Assembly: GCA_964291625.2 (NCBI GenBank)
Contig: OZ220090.1
Span: 768,001 to 832,000, forward strand
From: Candidatus Latescibacterota bacterium
Lineage (GTDB): Bacteria; Latescibacterota; UBA2968; UBA8231
Reading direction: 5' to 3'
DNA: 64,000 nt
Made by a program: the position numbers and the translations under genes. The notes beneath the pieces were generated by a model that saw nothing but the letters and a program-made list of their open reading frames with translations, did no database searches and was not told the DNA's origin. Positions 25,792 through 38,641 of this stretch are shown piece by piece. Every line of letters begins with the position of its first letter. Position 1 is the stretch's first letter.

Positions 25792-28700
25792 CGTGGTAGT
25801 CCTGCAGCGCCCGTACCGATATGGCGGTGCGCAGCAGGGCCTCGATGCCGTCAGCAGCGGCCTCCGCGCCGGCCAGGGTGGTCGTGTACGGCACGCCGTT
25901 CATGATCGCCGCCTGGCGGACGTAGGCGTCGTCGTACTGGCTCTGCTCGTCTTCGGGGGAGTTGATGACCAGGGCGACCTCCCGGCCCCGGATCGCGTCC
26001 TCCACGTGGGGGTGTCCTTCATGGATCTTCAGGATCATCTCCGCCTCGATCCCGTGGCGCTCGAGATGGAGCCGGGTTCCCGTCGTGGCCACGAGCTCGA
26101 AGCCGGCGGCGCTCAGTCGGCGCGCCACGTCGACGATACCCGCCTTGTCGCGGTCGTTGACGCTGATGAAGACCTTCCCACTGGAAGGCAGCATCGATCC
26201 GGCCCCCATCTGGGCCTTGAGGAAAGCCTCGCCGAACTCGGCGCCGATCCCCATGACCTCGCCGGTGGACTTCATCTCAGGACCGAGGATGCCATCGGCT
26301 CCGGGGAACTTGCTGAAGGGCAGGACCGCCTCCTTCACGGAGATGTGAGGGGGCGCCGGAGAGTCGGCAAAGCCCTGCTCGCGCAGGCTGCGGCCCACCA
26401 TGACGCGGGCGGCGATCTTGGCCAGCGGACGGCCCGTGGCCTTGCTCACGAAGGGGACCGTGCGCGAGGCCCGGGGATTGACTTCGAGGACGTGGACGAG
26501 ATCCTGGTGGATGGCGTACTGGACGTTCATCAACCCCTTCACATCGAGGGCCCTGGCCAGGGCCCGCGTATGGTCCTCGAGGGCTCGCAGGTGGTCCGGC
26601 GCGATGTCGTGAGGCGGCAGGACGCAGGCCGAGTCGCCGGAATGGACTCCGGCGTGCTCGATGTGCTGCATGACGCCGCCGATGAGCACGTCGCCGTCGG
26701 CGTCGGCCACGGCGTCGACGTCGAACTCCTGGGCTCCTTCGAGAAAACGATCGATCAGCACCGGATGTTCCGGTGAGGCGGAGATCGCCGAGGTGATGTA
26801 CGACTCCAGGCGGGCCTCGTCGTAGACCGTGACCATGGCCCGCCCTCCGAGGACGTAGGAGGGGCGGACGAGGACGGGGTAGCCGATGCGCTCCGCGATC
26901 TCCCGCGCCTCGGGGAGGGAGCGGGCCATGCCGTTTTCCGGCTGGCGGATCCCCAGTCGGCGCAGCAGGTTGCCGAAGTGCTCGCGGTCCTCGGCCAGGT
27001 CGATGCTGCGGGGAGACGTCCCGATGACGGGGACGCCGTTGGCCTCCAGCTCGAGGGCCAGATTGAGCGGAGTCTGCCCGCCGAACTGGACGATGACGCC
27101 CTCGGGCCGCTCGTGCTCGACGATGTGGAGGACATCCTCGACGGTCAGCGGCTCGAAGTAGAGCTTGTCCGCCGTGTCGTAGTCGGTGCTCACCGTCTCC
27201 GGGTTGGAGTTGACCATGATCGTCTCGAATCCGTCTTCGCGGAGGGCGAAGCAGGCGTGGACGCAGCAGTAGTCGAACTCGATTCCCTGGCCGATCCGGT
27301 TGGGCCCGCCGCCGAGGATCATCACCTTGCGGCGCCCGGACCGGGCCTCCGACTCGTTCTCCCGCTCGTAGGTCGAATAGTGATACGGCGTGTGGGCTTC
27401 GAACTCCGCCGCGCAGGTGTCGACGGCCTTGAACACGGGGCGCACTCCCTGCTCCCGGCGCACCTCCCGGACCTCTGACTCGGTGCGCCCCACCAGGTAA
27501 CCCAGCTGGCGGTCGCTGAAGCCCAGGGCCTTGGCCGCCCGCAGGCGTTCCCCGTCCCCGAGGAGCCCCTCTCGCGCCTGCAGCAGCTCGCCCTCGGCCT
27601 GGAAGATCTCCGCGAGGCGGTCGATGAACCAGGGATCGATGCGGCTGAGGCGGTGGATCTCTTCGGGGGCGAAGCCCTTTTGCAGGGCGGTTCTGAGGTG
27701 GAACATCCTCTGCGAGCTCGGACGGGCCAGATGCCCGCGGATCTCGGCGTCGGGGATTCTCGAGGCATCCTCGTCCTTGCCGTCGGCGCCCCAGCCGCCC
27801 CGGCCGATTTCCAGCGACCGCAGGCCCTTCTGGAAGGACTCGGCAAAGGTGCGGCCCACGGCCATCGTCTCTCCCACCGAGCGCATCTGGGTGTCGAGGG
27901 CATCCGGCGTGGACGGGAACTTCTCGAAGGCCCACCGCGGGATCTTGGTCACCACGTAGTCGATGGTGGGCTCGAAGGAGGCGGGGGTCTCCCGGGTGAT
28001 GTCGTTCGGGATCTCGTCGAGGGTGTAGCCCACGGCCAGCTTGGCGGCGATCTTGGCGATGGGAAAGCCCGTGGCCTTCGATGCCAGGGCGGAACTGCGC
28101 GAGACCCGGGGATTCATCTCGATGACCACCATGCGGCCCGTGTCCGGGTCGACGGCGAACTGGATGTTCGACCCGCCCGTGTCGACGCCGATCTTCCGGA
28201 TGACCCGGATAGCGGCATCGCGCATGGCCTGGTACTCCTTGTCCGACAAGGTCTGCGCCGGAGCGACGGTGATCGAATCACCCGTGTGCACCCCCATGGG
28301 ATCGAGGTTCTCGATGGAGCAGATGATCACGACATTGTCGTTCAGGTCGCGCATCACCTCGAGCTCGAACTCCTTCCAGCCGAGGACGGACTCCTCTATC
28401 AGGACCTCCGTGATCGGGCTCAGATCAAGGCCCCGCCTGACGATGCGCTCGAACTCCTGCGCGTCGTGCGCAATCCCGCCGCCCGATCCGCCCAAGGTGT
28501 AGGAGGGCCGAATGATGGCAGGGTAGCCCAGGCTGTCGACCAGTCCCGCGGCCTCTCCGACGGAGTGGACGAAATGGCCGGCGGGCATCTCCAGCCCCGA
28601 CTCGTCCATCGCCTTCTTGAACAGCTCCCGATCCTCCGCCGTGCGGATCGCCTCGAGCCGGGCCCCGATCAACTCCACGCCGTGCTCTTCGAGCACCCCG

Positions 28701-29014
28701 GACTCGGCCAACTCCACCGCCCGGTTCAACGCCGTCTGCCCGCCCACGGTGGGCAGGAGGGCATCCGGTCTCTCGAGCTCGATGATCTCGGCGCAGGCCT
28801 CGGCCGTGATCGGCTCCACGTAGGTTCGCTGCGCCGTCTCCGGATCGGTCATGATCGTGGCGGGATTGCTGTTGACGAGGACGATCTCGTAGCCCTCCTC
28901 GCGCAGGGCCTTGCAGGCCTGGGTGCCGGAGTAGTCGAACTCACAGGCCTGGCCGATGACGATCGGACCGGAACCGATGAGCATGATCTTGTGCAGGTCG
29001 TCTCGACGAGGCAT
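25784..29014 (-). CDS. carB: Carbamoyl-phosphate synthase large subunit
   Basis: [17 protein letters not shown], duplicated ATP-grasp domains, MGS domain. Confidence 0.99.
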   Translation of the reverse strand: MPRRDDLHKIMLIGSGPIVIGQACEFDYSGTQACKALREEGYEIVLVNSNPATIMTDPETAQRTYVEPITAEACAEIIELERPDALLPTVGGQTALNRAVELAESGVLEEHGVELIGARLEAIRTAEDRELFKKAMDESGLEMPAGHFVHSVGEAAGLVDSLGYPAIIRPSYTLGGSGGGIAHDAQEFERIVRRGLDLSPITEVLIEESVLGWKEFELEVMRDLNDNVVIICSIENLDPMGVHTGDSITVAPAQTLSDKEYQAMRDAAIRVIRKIGVDTGGSNIQFAVDPDTGRMVVIEMNPRVSRSSALASKATGFPIAKIAAKLAVGYTLDEIPNDITRETPASFEPTIDYVVTKIPRWAFEKFPSTPDALDTQMRSVGETMAVGRTFAESFQKGLRSLEIGRGGWGADGKDEDASRIPDAEIRGHLARPSSQRMFHLRTALQKGFAPEEIHRLSRIDPWFIDRLAEIFQAEGELLQAREGLLGDGERLRAAKALGFSDRQLGYLVGRTESEVREVRREQGVRPVFKAVDTCAAEFEAHTPYHYSTYERENESEARSGRRKVMILGGGPNRIGQGIEFDYCCVHACFALREDGFETIMVNSNPETVSTDYDTADKLYFEPLTVEDVLHIVEHERPEGVIVQFGGQTPLNLALELEANGVPVIGTSPRSIDLAEDREHFGNLLRRLGIRQPENGMARSLPEAREIAERIGYPVLVRPSYVLGGRAMVTVYDEARLESYITSAISASPEHPVLIDRFLEGAQEFDVDAVADADGDVLIGGVMQHIEHAGVHSGDSACVLPPHDIAPDHLRALEDHTRALARALDVKGLMNVQYAIHQDLVHVLEVNPRASRTVPFVSKATGRPLAKIAARVMVGRSLREQGFADSPAPPHISVKEAVLPFSKFPGADGILGPEMKSTGEVMGIGAEFGEAFLKAQMGAGSMLPSSGKVFISVNDRDKAGIVDVARRLSAAGFELVATTGTRLHLERHGIEAEMILKIHEGHPHVEDAIRGREVALVINSPEDEQSQYDDAYVRQAAIMNGVPYTTTLAGAEAAADGIEALLRTAISVRALQDYHGG

Positions 29015-29201
29015 GCTCGGGGGTCACCCCATCCGTGGGTGCGCAGGAAAGAGAGGGTCGGTCGGGGAAAGGCCGGCCGGTGCCGGGGCAGGCCAGCTCA
29101 GATACGGCGAGAGCAGGAGCACCGTGGGCAGGCCTGCTCGAAGACTCGACTGCACTGCGAGGGGCCGCAGGACATGAGGAGACCTGCGCACCATCGCCCG
29201 C

Positions 29202-29759
29202 CTAGTCCTGCATGAGTCCCAACCAGACCAGCAGGATGATCAGGGCGATGGTCGCCGCGTATCCCAGCCGCAGGAACCGATCGCGGAGCCGGGCCCCGTC
29301 GATGGACCGGGCCATCGGCCACCGCAGGGGGAGCAACGCCGCCTTGTCTCTCGGGGGCTCGTCGCCATCGCCTTGGAACCGGTGCGCGTCGATCAGGCGG
29401 ACCAGGGAAGGATCGTGCTCGGCGATGGCGCGCAGGATCGAGCGCTTGCGGCGCGCCACTCTCTCGGAGAGCTCCTTCGAGGACGCTCCCCGCCCCTCCT
29501 CCTCCGGCTCTTCGACATCGCCCACCGGAACCTCGCCCGGGCCTCCTTCGGCCCGGCCCGCGATGAGCACGGTCTGCTCGTGCGCCAGGCTCTCGGAGAG
29601 CTCGCTGACGACCGCTCGATCCTTGACGTTTTCCTGGATGACGGCGAAACAGGCGTCGATGAAGCGCTTGAAATCCTGCCGGATCTCCTGCTCGGAAAGG
29701 CCGAGGAGGTACGACTCCTCGATCATCTCCTCGATCGCCTCTTTGACCTTCGACGACAT
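29202..29759 (-). CDS. Hypothetical protein with single C-terminal TM helix
   Basis: Coding-like composition, ATG with AGGA upstream, hydrophobic C-terminus. Confidence 0.7.
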   Translation of the reverse strand: MSSKVKEAIEEMIEESYLLGLSEQEIRQDFKRFIDACFAVIQENVKDRAVVSELSESLAHEQTVLIAGRAEGGPGEVPVGDVEEPEEEGRGASSKELSERVARRKRSILRAIAEHDPSLVRLIDAHRFQGDGDEPPRDKAALLPLRWPMARSIDGARLRDRFLRLGYAATIALIILLVWLGLMQD

Positions 29760-29870
29760 TATCCTGAAGCTGCCCCGAGCGGAGAAAACCGGTGGTCCGG
29801 AGGCTCATTGGAAAAGGGCGGCCCCGAACGCGGGGCAGGGCGGATCTCTACCGGCAACAACAACCGGGTT

Positions 29871-29899
29871 ACGTTACTCGATCCCTCCGGGAGTGTCAA
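29871..29899 (-). promoter_or_regulatory. sigma70-type promoter for the hypothetical-carB operon
   Basis: TTGACA-17 nt-TAACGT; the -35 overlaps the nnr stop codon. Confidence 0.6.
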
Positions 29900-31467
29900 G
29901 AAACGGCCCTCTGTCCGGTGACCTCCAGCATGGCCCCCGGGATCCGCTCGGCGAGATCGGTGGCCCGCATCGACCGGGGCCCCAACTCATCTCGCGCGAG
30001 ATCGCCGGCGAGGCCGTGAACGAAGACGGCACAGGCCGCCGCCGCCAGGGACCCGGCCCCCTGTGCGAGGAAGCCCGCCACCAGTCCGGTGAGCACATCC
30101 CCCGACCCCGCCGTGGCCAGGCCGTCGTTGCCCGTTGGATTGACGAAGGTGCTCCCGTCGGGAGCGGCGACCACGGTGGGCGCCCCCTTGAGTACCAGAA
30201 CCACCGATCGGGAAGCCGCGTAATCCGCGGCCAGCCGAAGAGGATCCTCCGCGACCCGGTCGGGGTCGCACCCGCTGAGCCGCTGGAACTCCCCCGCATG
30301 GGGCGTCAGCACCCTCTCCGGACCCGGCGGCGGTCCATCTTCCGAGAGGGCGTACAACGCATCGGCGTCGATCACCGCCGGGGGGAGGTCGGGACGCGAC
30401 AGCAGGCGCCGCACCAGCTCGCCGGTCTCCCGGTGGCGGCCGAGTCCGGGGCCGATGGCCAGGGCCTGCGCCTTGTCCAGGAGTCGCTCCACCTCGCCGA
30501 GGGCCCTCAGCGACAGGCAGCGCGACCGGCGCACCTCCGGAAGGGGCCGGGTCATCACCTCTGTCAGCTTGATCTCCAGGATGTCGTGAAGGCTCGCCGG
30601 GGCCCCGAGCCGCACCCTCCCGGCTCCCGCCCTCAGCGCCGCGTCGGCCGTCAGGCAGGCGGCCCCCGTCATCCCCTCGGAACCGGCCACGACGGCTACG
30701 GTTCCGCAGGAACCTTTGTGGGCCACCGGGGACCGTCGCGGCAGGAGCCCGGCGATGCCCTCCCGGGTCAATAGATGGGTCGTGGCCGGGCAGTGGGCGA
30801 TGGCGGCATCCGGAAAACCGATATCCACCAGTTCCAGGGCCCCGCAATGGGCCCGTCCAGGGTGAAAGAGGTGGCCCACCTTCACCAGCCCGAAGGTGAC
30901 GGTCAGCGCTGCCCTCACGCATGCACCGGCTACCTCGCCCGTGTCCGCCCGAAGCCCGGAGGGCAGGTCGATGGCCACAACCGGCCGGCCGCAGTCGTTG
31001 ATGGCTTCGATGAGGCGCGCCGCCGTCGGGCGGGGCGGCCCCCGCAGGCCGGTTCCCAGCAGGGCATCCACCACGATGTCGGCCTCGCCGAGGGCTGCCG
31101 TGAGGTCTTCCGGAGGCGGCTGGACCACGGGGCCGGCCTGCGCTTCGAGCCGCTCGAGGTGATGGCCGGCATCTCCGGTGATCTGCTCCCGGGGCGCGGC
31201 GAGGTAGACGGCTGCGGGGACGCCCTCCTGCGCCAGGCGCCGCCCGACGACGAAGCCATCGCCGCCGTTGTTCCCCTTGCCGCAGACGACGGCGACGCTC
31301 AGGTCCTCCAGGCCGGACCAGCGCTCCTCCAGGGCGCGCACGACGCCGGCCCCGGCACGCTCCATCAACTCCGCTCCCGGCACACCCATCTCGATCGACA
31401 GGCGGTCGATGTCCGACATCTGCCCGCCGGTCACCAGCTTCGGGAATCCCATGGTCGCCAGGCTCAT
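29896..31467 (-). CDS. nnr: Bifunctional NAD(P)H-hydrate epimerase/dehydratase
   Basis: GKGNNGGDG, DALLGTG, DLPSG, HKG, TPHAGEF, LATAGSGDVL. Confidence 0.95.
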   Translation of the reverse strand: MSLATMGFPKLVTGGQMSDIDRLSIEMGVPGAELMERAGAGVVRALEERWSGLEDLSVAVVCGKGNNGGDGFVVGRRLAQEGVPAAVYLAAPREQITGDAGHHLERLEAQAGPVVQPPPEDLTAALGEADIVVDALLGTGLRGPPRPTAARLIEAINDCGRPVVAIDLPSGLRADTGEVAGACVRAALTVTFGLVKVGHLFHPGRAHCGALELVDIGFPDAAIAHCPATTHLLTREGIAGLLPRRSPVAHKGSCGTVAVVAGSEGMTGAACLTADAALRAGAGRVRLGAPASLHDILEIKLTEVMTRPLPEVRRSRCLSLRALGEVERLLDKAQALAIGPGLGRHRETGELVRRLLSRPDLPPAVIDADALYALSEDGPPPGPERVLTPHAGEFQRLSGCDPDRVAEDPLRLAADYAASRSVVLVLKGAPTVVAAPDGSTFVNPTGNDGLATAGSGDVLTGLVAGFLAQGAGSLAAAACAVFVHGLAGDLARDELGPRSMRATDLAERIPGAMLEVTGQRAVS

Positions 31468-31473
31468 GAAGAC

Positions 31474-32714
31474 TCAGTCGCGAGTGAGGCCGCGGACCAG
31501 GAAGTCGGCATAGGTCCTGGCCGTCTGCGCCAGATCCCGGAGGCTCACCCTCTCGTCGGCGCCGTGAGCCCGCTCGCCGTTCACCCCGTAGCCGATCCCG
31601 GGCATGCCCGCGTCGACGAAGTAGTGAAGGTCGGTGAATCCCGGGGTCACCCGGAACTCGACGGCGTGGCGGCGGACGGCGCGCACGCTGCGGGCGAAGG
31701 ATCTGGGCAGGATCCCGTCGCCACCGACGACGCAGGGCTCGATCCGCAGCAGCGGCCGCACCCGGTGGCGGGCCTCCGCCCGCGCGGCGGCCCTCGCCAG
31801 GGCCTCGACCAGCTCCGCCTCGGAGTCGGCCAGCCGCTCTCCGGGCACGAGGCGGCGGTCGATGGTGAAGGCCGCCTTGCCGGGAACGGTGTTCACCTTC
31901 TGGTCCGGGCCGCCGCGGACGACCCCCCCCACGTTGATGGTCGGTTGCCGGCTTCGCCCGTCGGGACCCTCCCAGCCTCGGGAGGGGTTGCCGAGCCGCC
32001 GCTTGATCGAGCGCAGATCGTGGACCATCGCCGCCATCTTCTCGAAGGCGTTGACGCCCCGCTCGGGGCTGGAGGCGTGAGCCGACCGGCCCGCGACCTC
32101 CACCTCCAGCCACAGGACGCCGTTGTGGCCCAGGCCGACGCGGCTGCCCGAGGCGCCTTCGCACTCCACGGCGTAGTCGGCGTCGACGAGCCCCCTCTTC
32201 ACGATCCAGCCGGCCCCCAGGGCTCCACCGGTTTCCTCGTCCGCGGTGAAGGAGACCTCGACGTTGACCGCCGGATCGACGCGCGTATGCCGCAGGGACC
32301 TCAGGGCGCCGAGCAACGCCGCGATCGACCCTTTCATGTCGCCGGCGCCCCGGCCGTACAGCCAGCCCCCCCGGGAGACCCCCTCGAAGGGGGCCGCCGC
32401 CGACCAGTCGGCGGCGGCCACGGGCACGACATCGTAGTGGGCGTTGAAATGGATGGTCTCGTCGGCTCCGGTGTCCCAACGGGCGACGAGATTGTACCGT
32501 GGGTAGTCGGAGTCGACGCCGGCGGCCTCCACCTCGGCGTCCGGTACCCGGTGAACCACGGGACCCATGCCCAGAGCGCCCAGGCGGGCCCTCAGGTGCT
32601 CGACCATCGGCCGGTAGTCTTCCCCCGGGGGTTCACGGTGGCCATCCTGACCATCTTGCGCAGGTCTCGCGCCAGGGCACCGCGCCGCTGGTCGAGGTGT
32701 TCCAGGGGGTTCAC
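31474..32714 (-). CDS. M20/ArgE/DapE-family metallopeptidase, with an apparent 1-nt frameshift near 32627
   Basis: HYDVV, GRGAGDMKG, DEETGG, HGADE. The N-terminal frame (GTG 32714 ...TVNP) joins PGEDYRPMVEHL only with one extra C. Confidence 0.85.
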
Positions 32715-33877
32715 GTCCTCCCCTCCTCCCGAAGCTGGGTGGAACTCACGTCCAGGCGGAACGCGGACTCGGGGATCTCCTCGAGGAGGCCGGCGAATTC
32801 CGCCGGTACGCGAACATCGCCGAGTCCGCGGTATTCTCCCTCCCAGACCCTCCCCGAAACCAGGAAGCGGGCCCCGAGATCGCGGAGCTCTCGCAAGGCC
32901 CGGTCCATATGATCGCGGTGGCCGCCGTAGTACGCGGGCTCGAACAGGCGCACCGCCGTGTCGAAGCCGATGGCGAACCAGCAGCCGGGGAAGAGTCTGG
33001 CCTTGCCCAGGAAGGTCGGCTCACGCGTCAGCAGAAGTCTCCTGCTCCCCCGGGCCTGGCCGGCCCGCTCCAGGATCTCGCGGTACGCCAGCGGGCTCTT
33101 GTCCACGTTCTCCACGGAGAGCTCGAAGCAGGCTCGCCGGCCGCTGAGCCGCTCCGCCGCCTCCGCCAGACCGGAGTGACCGGCGTGCAAGGGGTTGAAG
33201 GAGCCCGCCAGCAGAATCCTTCCCTCGCCCGGCACCGCGGGTCGTCCGGAACCGCCGGAGGCCTCCATCTCCACCGCCTCCAGCCGCCCCCCCAGCAAGC
33301 CCTCCAGAGCCTCGTCGACGGCCGCCTCGGAGGCCTCCACCCGGACCCAGGAGGGCAGGACCGGTCCGCCGGCGCCATCCGCGTCGACACCCGAGGCCGC
33401 AGCGCAGCGGGCGACGAGGACGGCGCTGAGGACCTCCTCCTGGGAGAGCCGGTCCGCGGCCCCCGGGTCGAACCGGAGGCTGGCAAAGGAGTAGGCGAGG
33501 GATCCTCGGGTGCACACGAAGGCCCGGTCCCGCCCCTTTCGCACCCGGTCGGTGGCCAGGGCGGCCGTGGCCCCGGCGCCGACGGCCCCGTCACTGCGGG
33601 CCAGAGTCCGGGCGCGGCCCCTGGCCCTTGCGGCCAGAAGCCGGGCGGTCTCCTCCCGGACCCGGTGGGGGCCCGGTCTGCCGAGATAGTCGGCGATCGC
33701 CTCGGCGAGATAGGGTACCTGGGCCTCGACCAGGGCGCGCGATGCTCCGGGATGGTTGAGCAACCAGCTGACCCCCAGAGAACCTCCGCCCGTGACGGCC
33801 ACGGCCAGGGGCTTTCCGGCCCCCAGGATGGCCTCCACCCTGCCCCAGGCCCAGGACTCGAGGGCCGACTCCGTCAC
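32711..33877 (-). CDS. CinA/PncC-like domain fused to HxGH nucleotidyltransferase (NadD-like) domain
   Basis: AVTGGGS..HPGASR..EAQVPY N-domain; GSFNPLHAGH, NVDK, IGFDT, DVSST C-domain. Confidence 0.75.
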   Translation of the reverse strand: MTESALESWAWGRVEAILGAGKPLAVAVTGGGSLGVSWLLNHPGASRALVEAQVPYLAEAIADYLGRPGPHRVREETARLLAARARGRARTLARSDGAVGAGATAALATDRVRKGRDRAFVCTRGSLAYSFASLRFDPGAADRLSQEEVLSAVLVARCAAASGVDADGAGGPVLPSWVRVEASEAAVDEALEGLLGGRLEAVEMEASGGSGRPAVPGEGRILLAGSFNPLHAGHSGLAEAAERLSGRRACFELSVENVDKSPLAYREILERAGQARGSRRLLLTREPTFLGKARLFPGCWFAIGFDTAVRLFEPAYYGGHRDHMDRALRELRDLGARFLVSGRVWEGEYRGLGDVRVPAEFAGLLEEIPESAFRLDVSSTQLREEGRT

Positions 33878-34063
33878 GGGAGGCCGAGGAAGCCGATCAC
33901 GCCGCGCACCCCCCAGGCGGTGAGAAAGAGGCCGCTCAGGACGTTGAGGATCAGCAGATGACGGCACACGCGCAGAGCCGGCAGCCGCGTCCTGTCGGTC
34001 CACACCATCAGCAGGCACCACAGGCCGCAGGTGAGCACCCCGCCGAGATCGCGGCGGGTGTCA
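33874..34063 (-). pseudogene. Probable C-terminal remnant of a membrane transporter (Nramp-like, tentative)
   Basis: Two TM segments (GGVLTCGLWCLLMVWTDR.., LLILNVLSGLFLTAWG); preceding VTPAAI sits in another frame; stop overlaps the next GTG. Confidence 0.4.
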
Positions 34064-34163
34064 CTCCTCGGGGGGTTCGGGGTAACGGATGTCCACGTGG
34101 GCAACGAAAGACGGGGATGGCGAAGGTTGTCAATCGCCCTCGTCCCTCGGCATATTCCCCGCC

Positions 34164-35120
34164 ATGACCATCGATCGCGCCGTCATACCGGTGGCAGGTC
34201 TCGGCACGCGGCTGCTGCCGACGACCAAGGCCGTGCCCAAGGAGATGCTCCCCGCGGGGCGCCTGCCGATCATCCACCACGTCGTGGAGGAGTTGATCGC
34301 CGCCGGGATCCGGCGGATCCTGTTCGTCAGCAGCCGCCAGAAAGGGGCGATCGAGAACCATTTCGACGACTACTCGTCGCTGCTGATGCACCTGGAGTTG
34401 GACGGCCGGGACGTCCGCGAGATGGGGCGCTTCGACTACCGCCAGCGCGGCATCGAGTTCTTCTTCACCCGGCAGCAGGTACCCCTGGGGGAGACCAAGC
34501 CCCTGGGCACGGGAGACGCCGTCGCCTCGGCCGAGAGTTTCGTCGGCGGCTCCGACTTCGTCGTCGCCTACGGGGACAGCATCATCGCCTCACCGGACCC
34601 TCCCGGCCTCGTGGAACGGATGATCGCCTCCCACGAGGAGCACCGCTCCGCCTGCACCATCGGCGCCTGGGAGGTGAGGCCGGAGATGGTGGGCCACTAC
34701 GGCATCCTGGTGCCCGGACAGACCGGAGAGGACCCGGCGGACATCCGCCTCGCCGACATCATCGAGAAGCCGGCCCCCGGCACCACCGACAGCCGCCTGG
34801 CGGTGAGCGCCCGCTACGTCTTCGCGCCGGAGATCTTCGACAGCATCCGCGCCGTGGCGCCCTCCGAGACGGGGGAGATCTACCTCACCGATGCGATCCA
34901 CCGCCTCATCAAGTGCGGGCGCGAGGTCCGCTCCGTGCGCCTCCGGGAGGACGAGACGCGTTACGACATCGGCAACCACTCCGCCTACTTCCGGACCTTC
35001 ATCGACTTCGCCCTGAAGGACCCGGAATGGGGGGAGGAGATGGCCGCCTACCTGTCCGGGCGGCTGGCCGGAGGGTCCGCCCGGACAGGCGGGCGGGACG
35101 CCTCCGGGGGGGCGGGATGA
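34164..35120 (+). CDS. galU: UTP--glucose-1-phosphate uridylyltransferase family
   Basis: AVIPVAGLGTRLLPTTKAVPKEMLP, PLGTGDAV, IIEKP, GEIYLTDAI, RYDIG. Confidence 0.88.
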   Translation: MTIDRAVIPVAGLGTRLLPTTKAVPKEMLPAGRLPIIHHVVEELIAAGIRRILFVSSRQKGAIENHFDDYSSLLMHLELDGRDVREMGRFDYRQRGIEFFFTRQQVPLGETKPLGTGDAVASAESFVGGSDFVVAYGDSIIASPDPPGLVERMIASHEEHRSACTIGAWEVRPEMVGHYGILVPGQTGEDPADIRLADIIEKPAPGTTDSRLAVSARYVFAPEIFDSIRAVAPSETGEIYLTDAIHRLIKCGREVRSVRLREDETRYDIGNHSAYFRTFIDFALKDPEWGEEMAAYLSGRLAGGSARTGGRDASGGAG

Positions 35121-35195
35121 GCCGGGGCGAGGGACACGGGACGACGCCCTTCGAGATCGTTGCGAACCGGGGTTGCAGGAGGGGGCCCTTCACCG

Positions 35196-35223
35196 TTGAC
35201 AGCAACGGGCCTCGCCGTATCTT
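35196..35223 (+). promoter_or_regulatory. Candidate promoter of the sulfite/nitrite reductase
   Basis: TTGACA-16 nt-TATCTT. Confidence 0.55.
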
Positions 35224-35311
35224 ACGGCAACCTTAACGCACTGATTTATCAAGAGCATAGGCCATCGGGGCCCAATTCCGACGCGGGATCCCGGGGGCGC
35301 ATCCAAAGCAG

Positions 35312-37593
<2,282 letters not shown>

Positions 37594-37594
<1 letters not shown>

Positions 37595-38175
37595 TGACCG
37601 TCGATCTGCAACGCCTGAACGTCAAACTCTATCTGGAACCGGGGTGCCTGCTTTCTCCGGAGGAGACCTTCCGCGTCTTCAGCCAGTGGATTCCCGAGTC
37701 CGAGGACGAGATCCTCATCGACGTCGCCGACTACAGCCACATCGACCGGGGGCCTCGGACGGTGCTCGTCGGGCACGACGCAAACTATGTCCTCGACAAC
37801 ACCGACGGCCGCCTTGGTCTCCTCTACGGCCGCAAGACGGACGCCAACGGCCCGGCGGCCGATCGCCTGCGCCACGCCTTCTCCTCCGCCTTGAAGGCCT
37901 GCCGCCGGCTGGAGGAACATCCCGACCTGTCCGGCAGGGCCCGATTCCGCGGCTCCGAGGCCCTCCTCGTGGTCAACGACCGCCTTCGGGCCCCCAACAC
38001 CGAAGAGACGCTGGAGGCCCTGCGCCCCGATCTCGACGAATTTCTCGCCAGGCTCTATCCGGGCGGACCCGGCCGGGTGCAGCGCGACTCGGACGAGCGC
38101 GAGCGTCTGACCCTTCGGATCGAGGCGCGCGATGTCCTCCCCGTCTGCTCCCTGCTGGATCGTCTCGGTGACTGA
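37594..38175 (+). CDS. Hypothetical protein, translationally coupled to the reductase
   Basis: TGATG overlap; coding-like composition ([18 protein letters not shown]). Confidence 0.8.
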
Positions 38176-38306
38176 GAGCGTCCGCACCGCCGGCCCTGTT
38201 CGGCCGCTTCCCGATCGAGTTGACAGTACTCCCGGGCCTCTCTATATACGTCCGGTCGCGCCAGGAGACCGTCGCGACGAGAGCGGATGACCTGGAGAAA
38301 GGATTC

Positions 38307-38561
38307 ATGACCTACATCATCGCCGAACCGTGCATCGACGTGAAGGACAAGGCCTGCGTCGAGGTTTGCCCGGTGGACTGCATCCATCCAGTGGACGGCG
38401 AGGGGGTTCCGATGCTCTACATCGACCCCGACGAGTGCATCGATTGCGGGGCCTGCGAGCCGGAGTGCCCCGTGGAAGCGATCTTTGCCGAAGAAGACCT
38501 GCCGGAAGAGTGGAACAAGTACCTCGAGATCAACGCCGCGTACTTCCGGGACCAGCAGTAG
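38307..38561 (+). CDS. fdxA: Dicluster (7Fe/8Fe) ferredoxin
   Basis: [18 protein letters not shown] and [12 protein letters not shown]. Confidence 0.93.
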   Translation: MTYIIAEPCIDVKDKACVEVCPVDCIHPVDGEGVPMLYIDPDECIDCGACEPECPVEAIFAEEDLPEEWNKYLEINAAYFRDQQ

Positions 38562-38597
38562 GAATCGCCGCGGACTCCCACCGAACCTTCCAGCCCC

Positions 38598-38634
38598 CAA
38601 GGGGCGGCGGCATTCGATGGTCCGCCGCCCCTTG
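38598..38634 (+). terminator. Strong hairpin after ferredoxin
   Basis: CAAGGGGCGGCGG-N11-CCGCCGCCCCTTG. Confidence 0.55.
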
Positions 38635-38641
38635 ATCTTCC

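Noticed and set aside
29015-29201. PyrR attenuator or riboswitch upstream of carB
   Set aside because: A GAGCAGG/CCTGCTC hairpin is present, but there is no PyrR-binding consensus and no U-tract.
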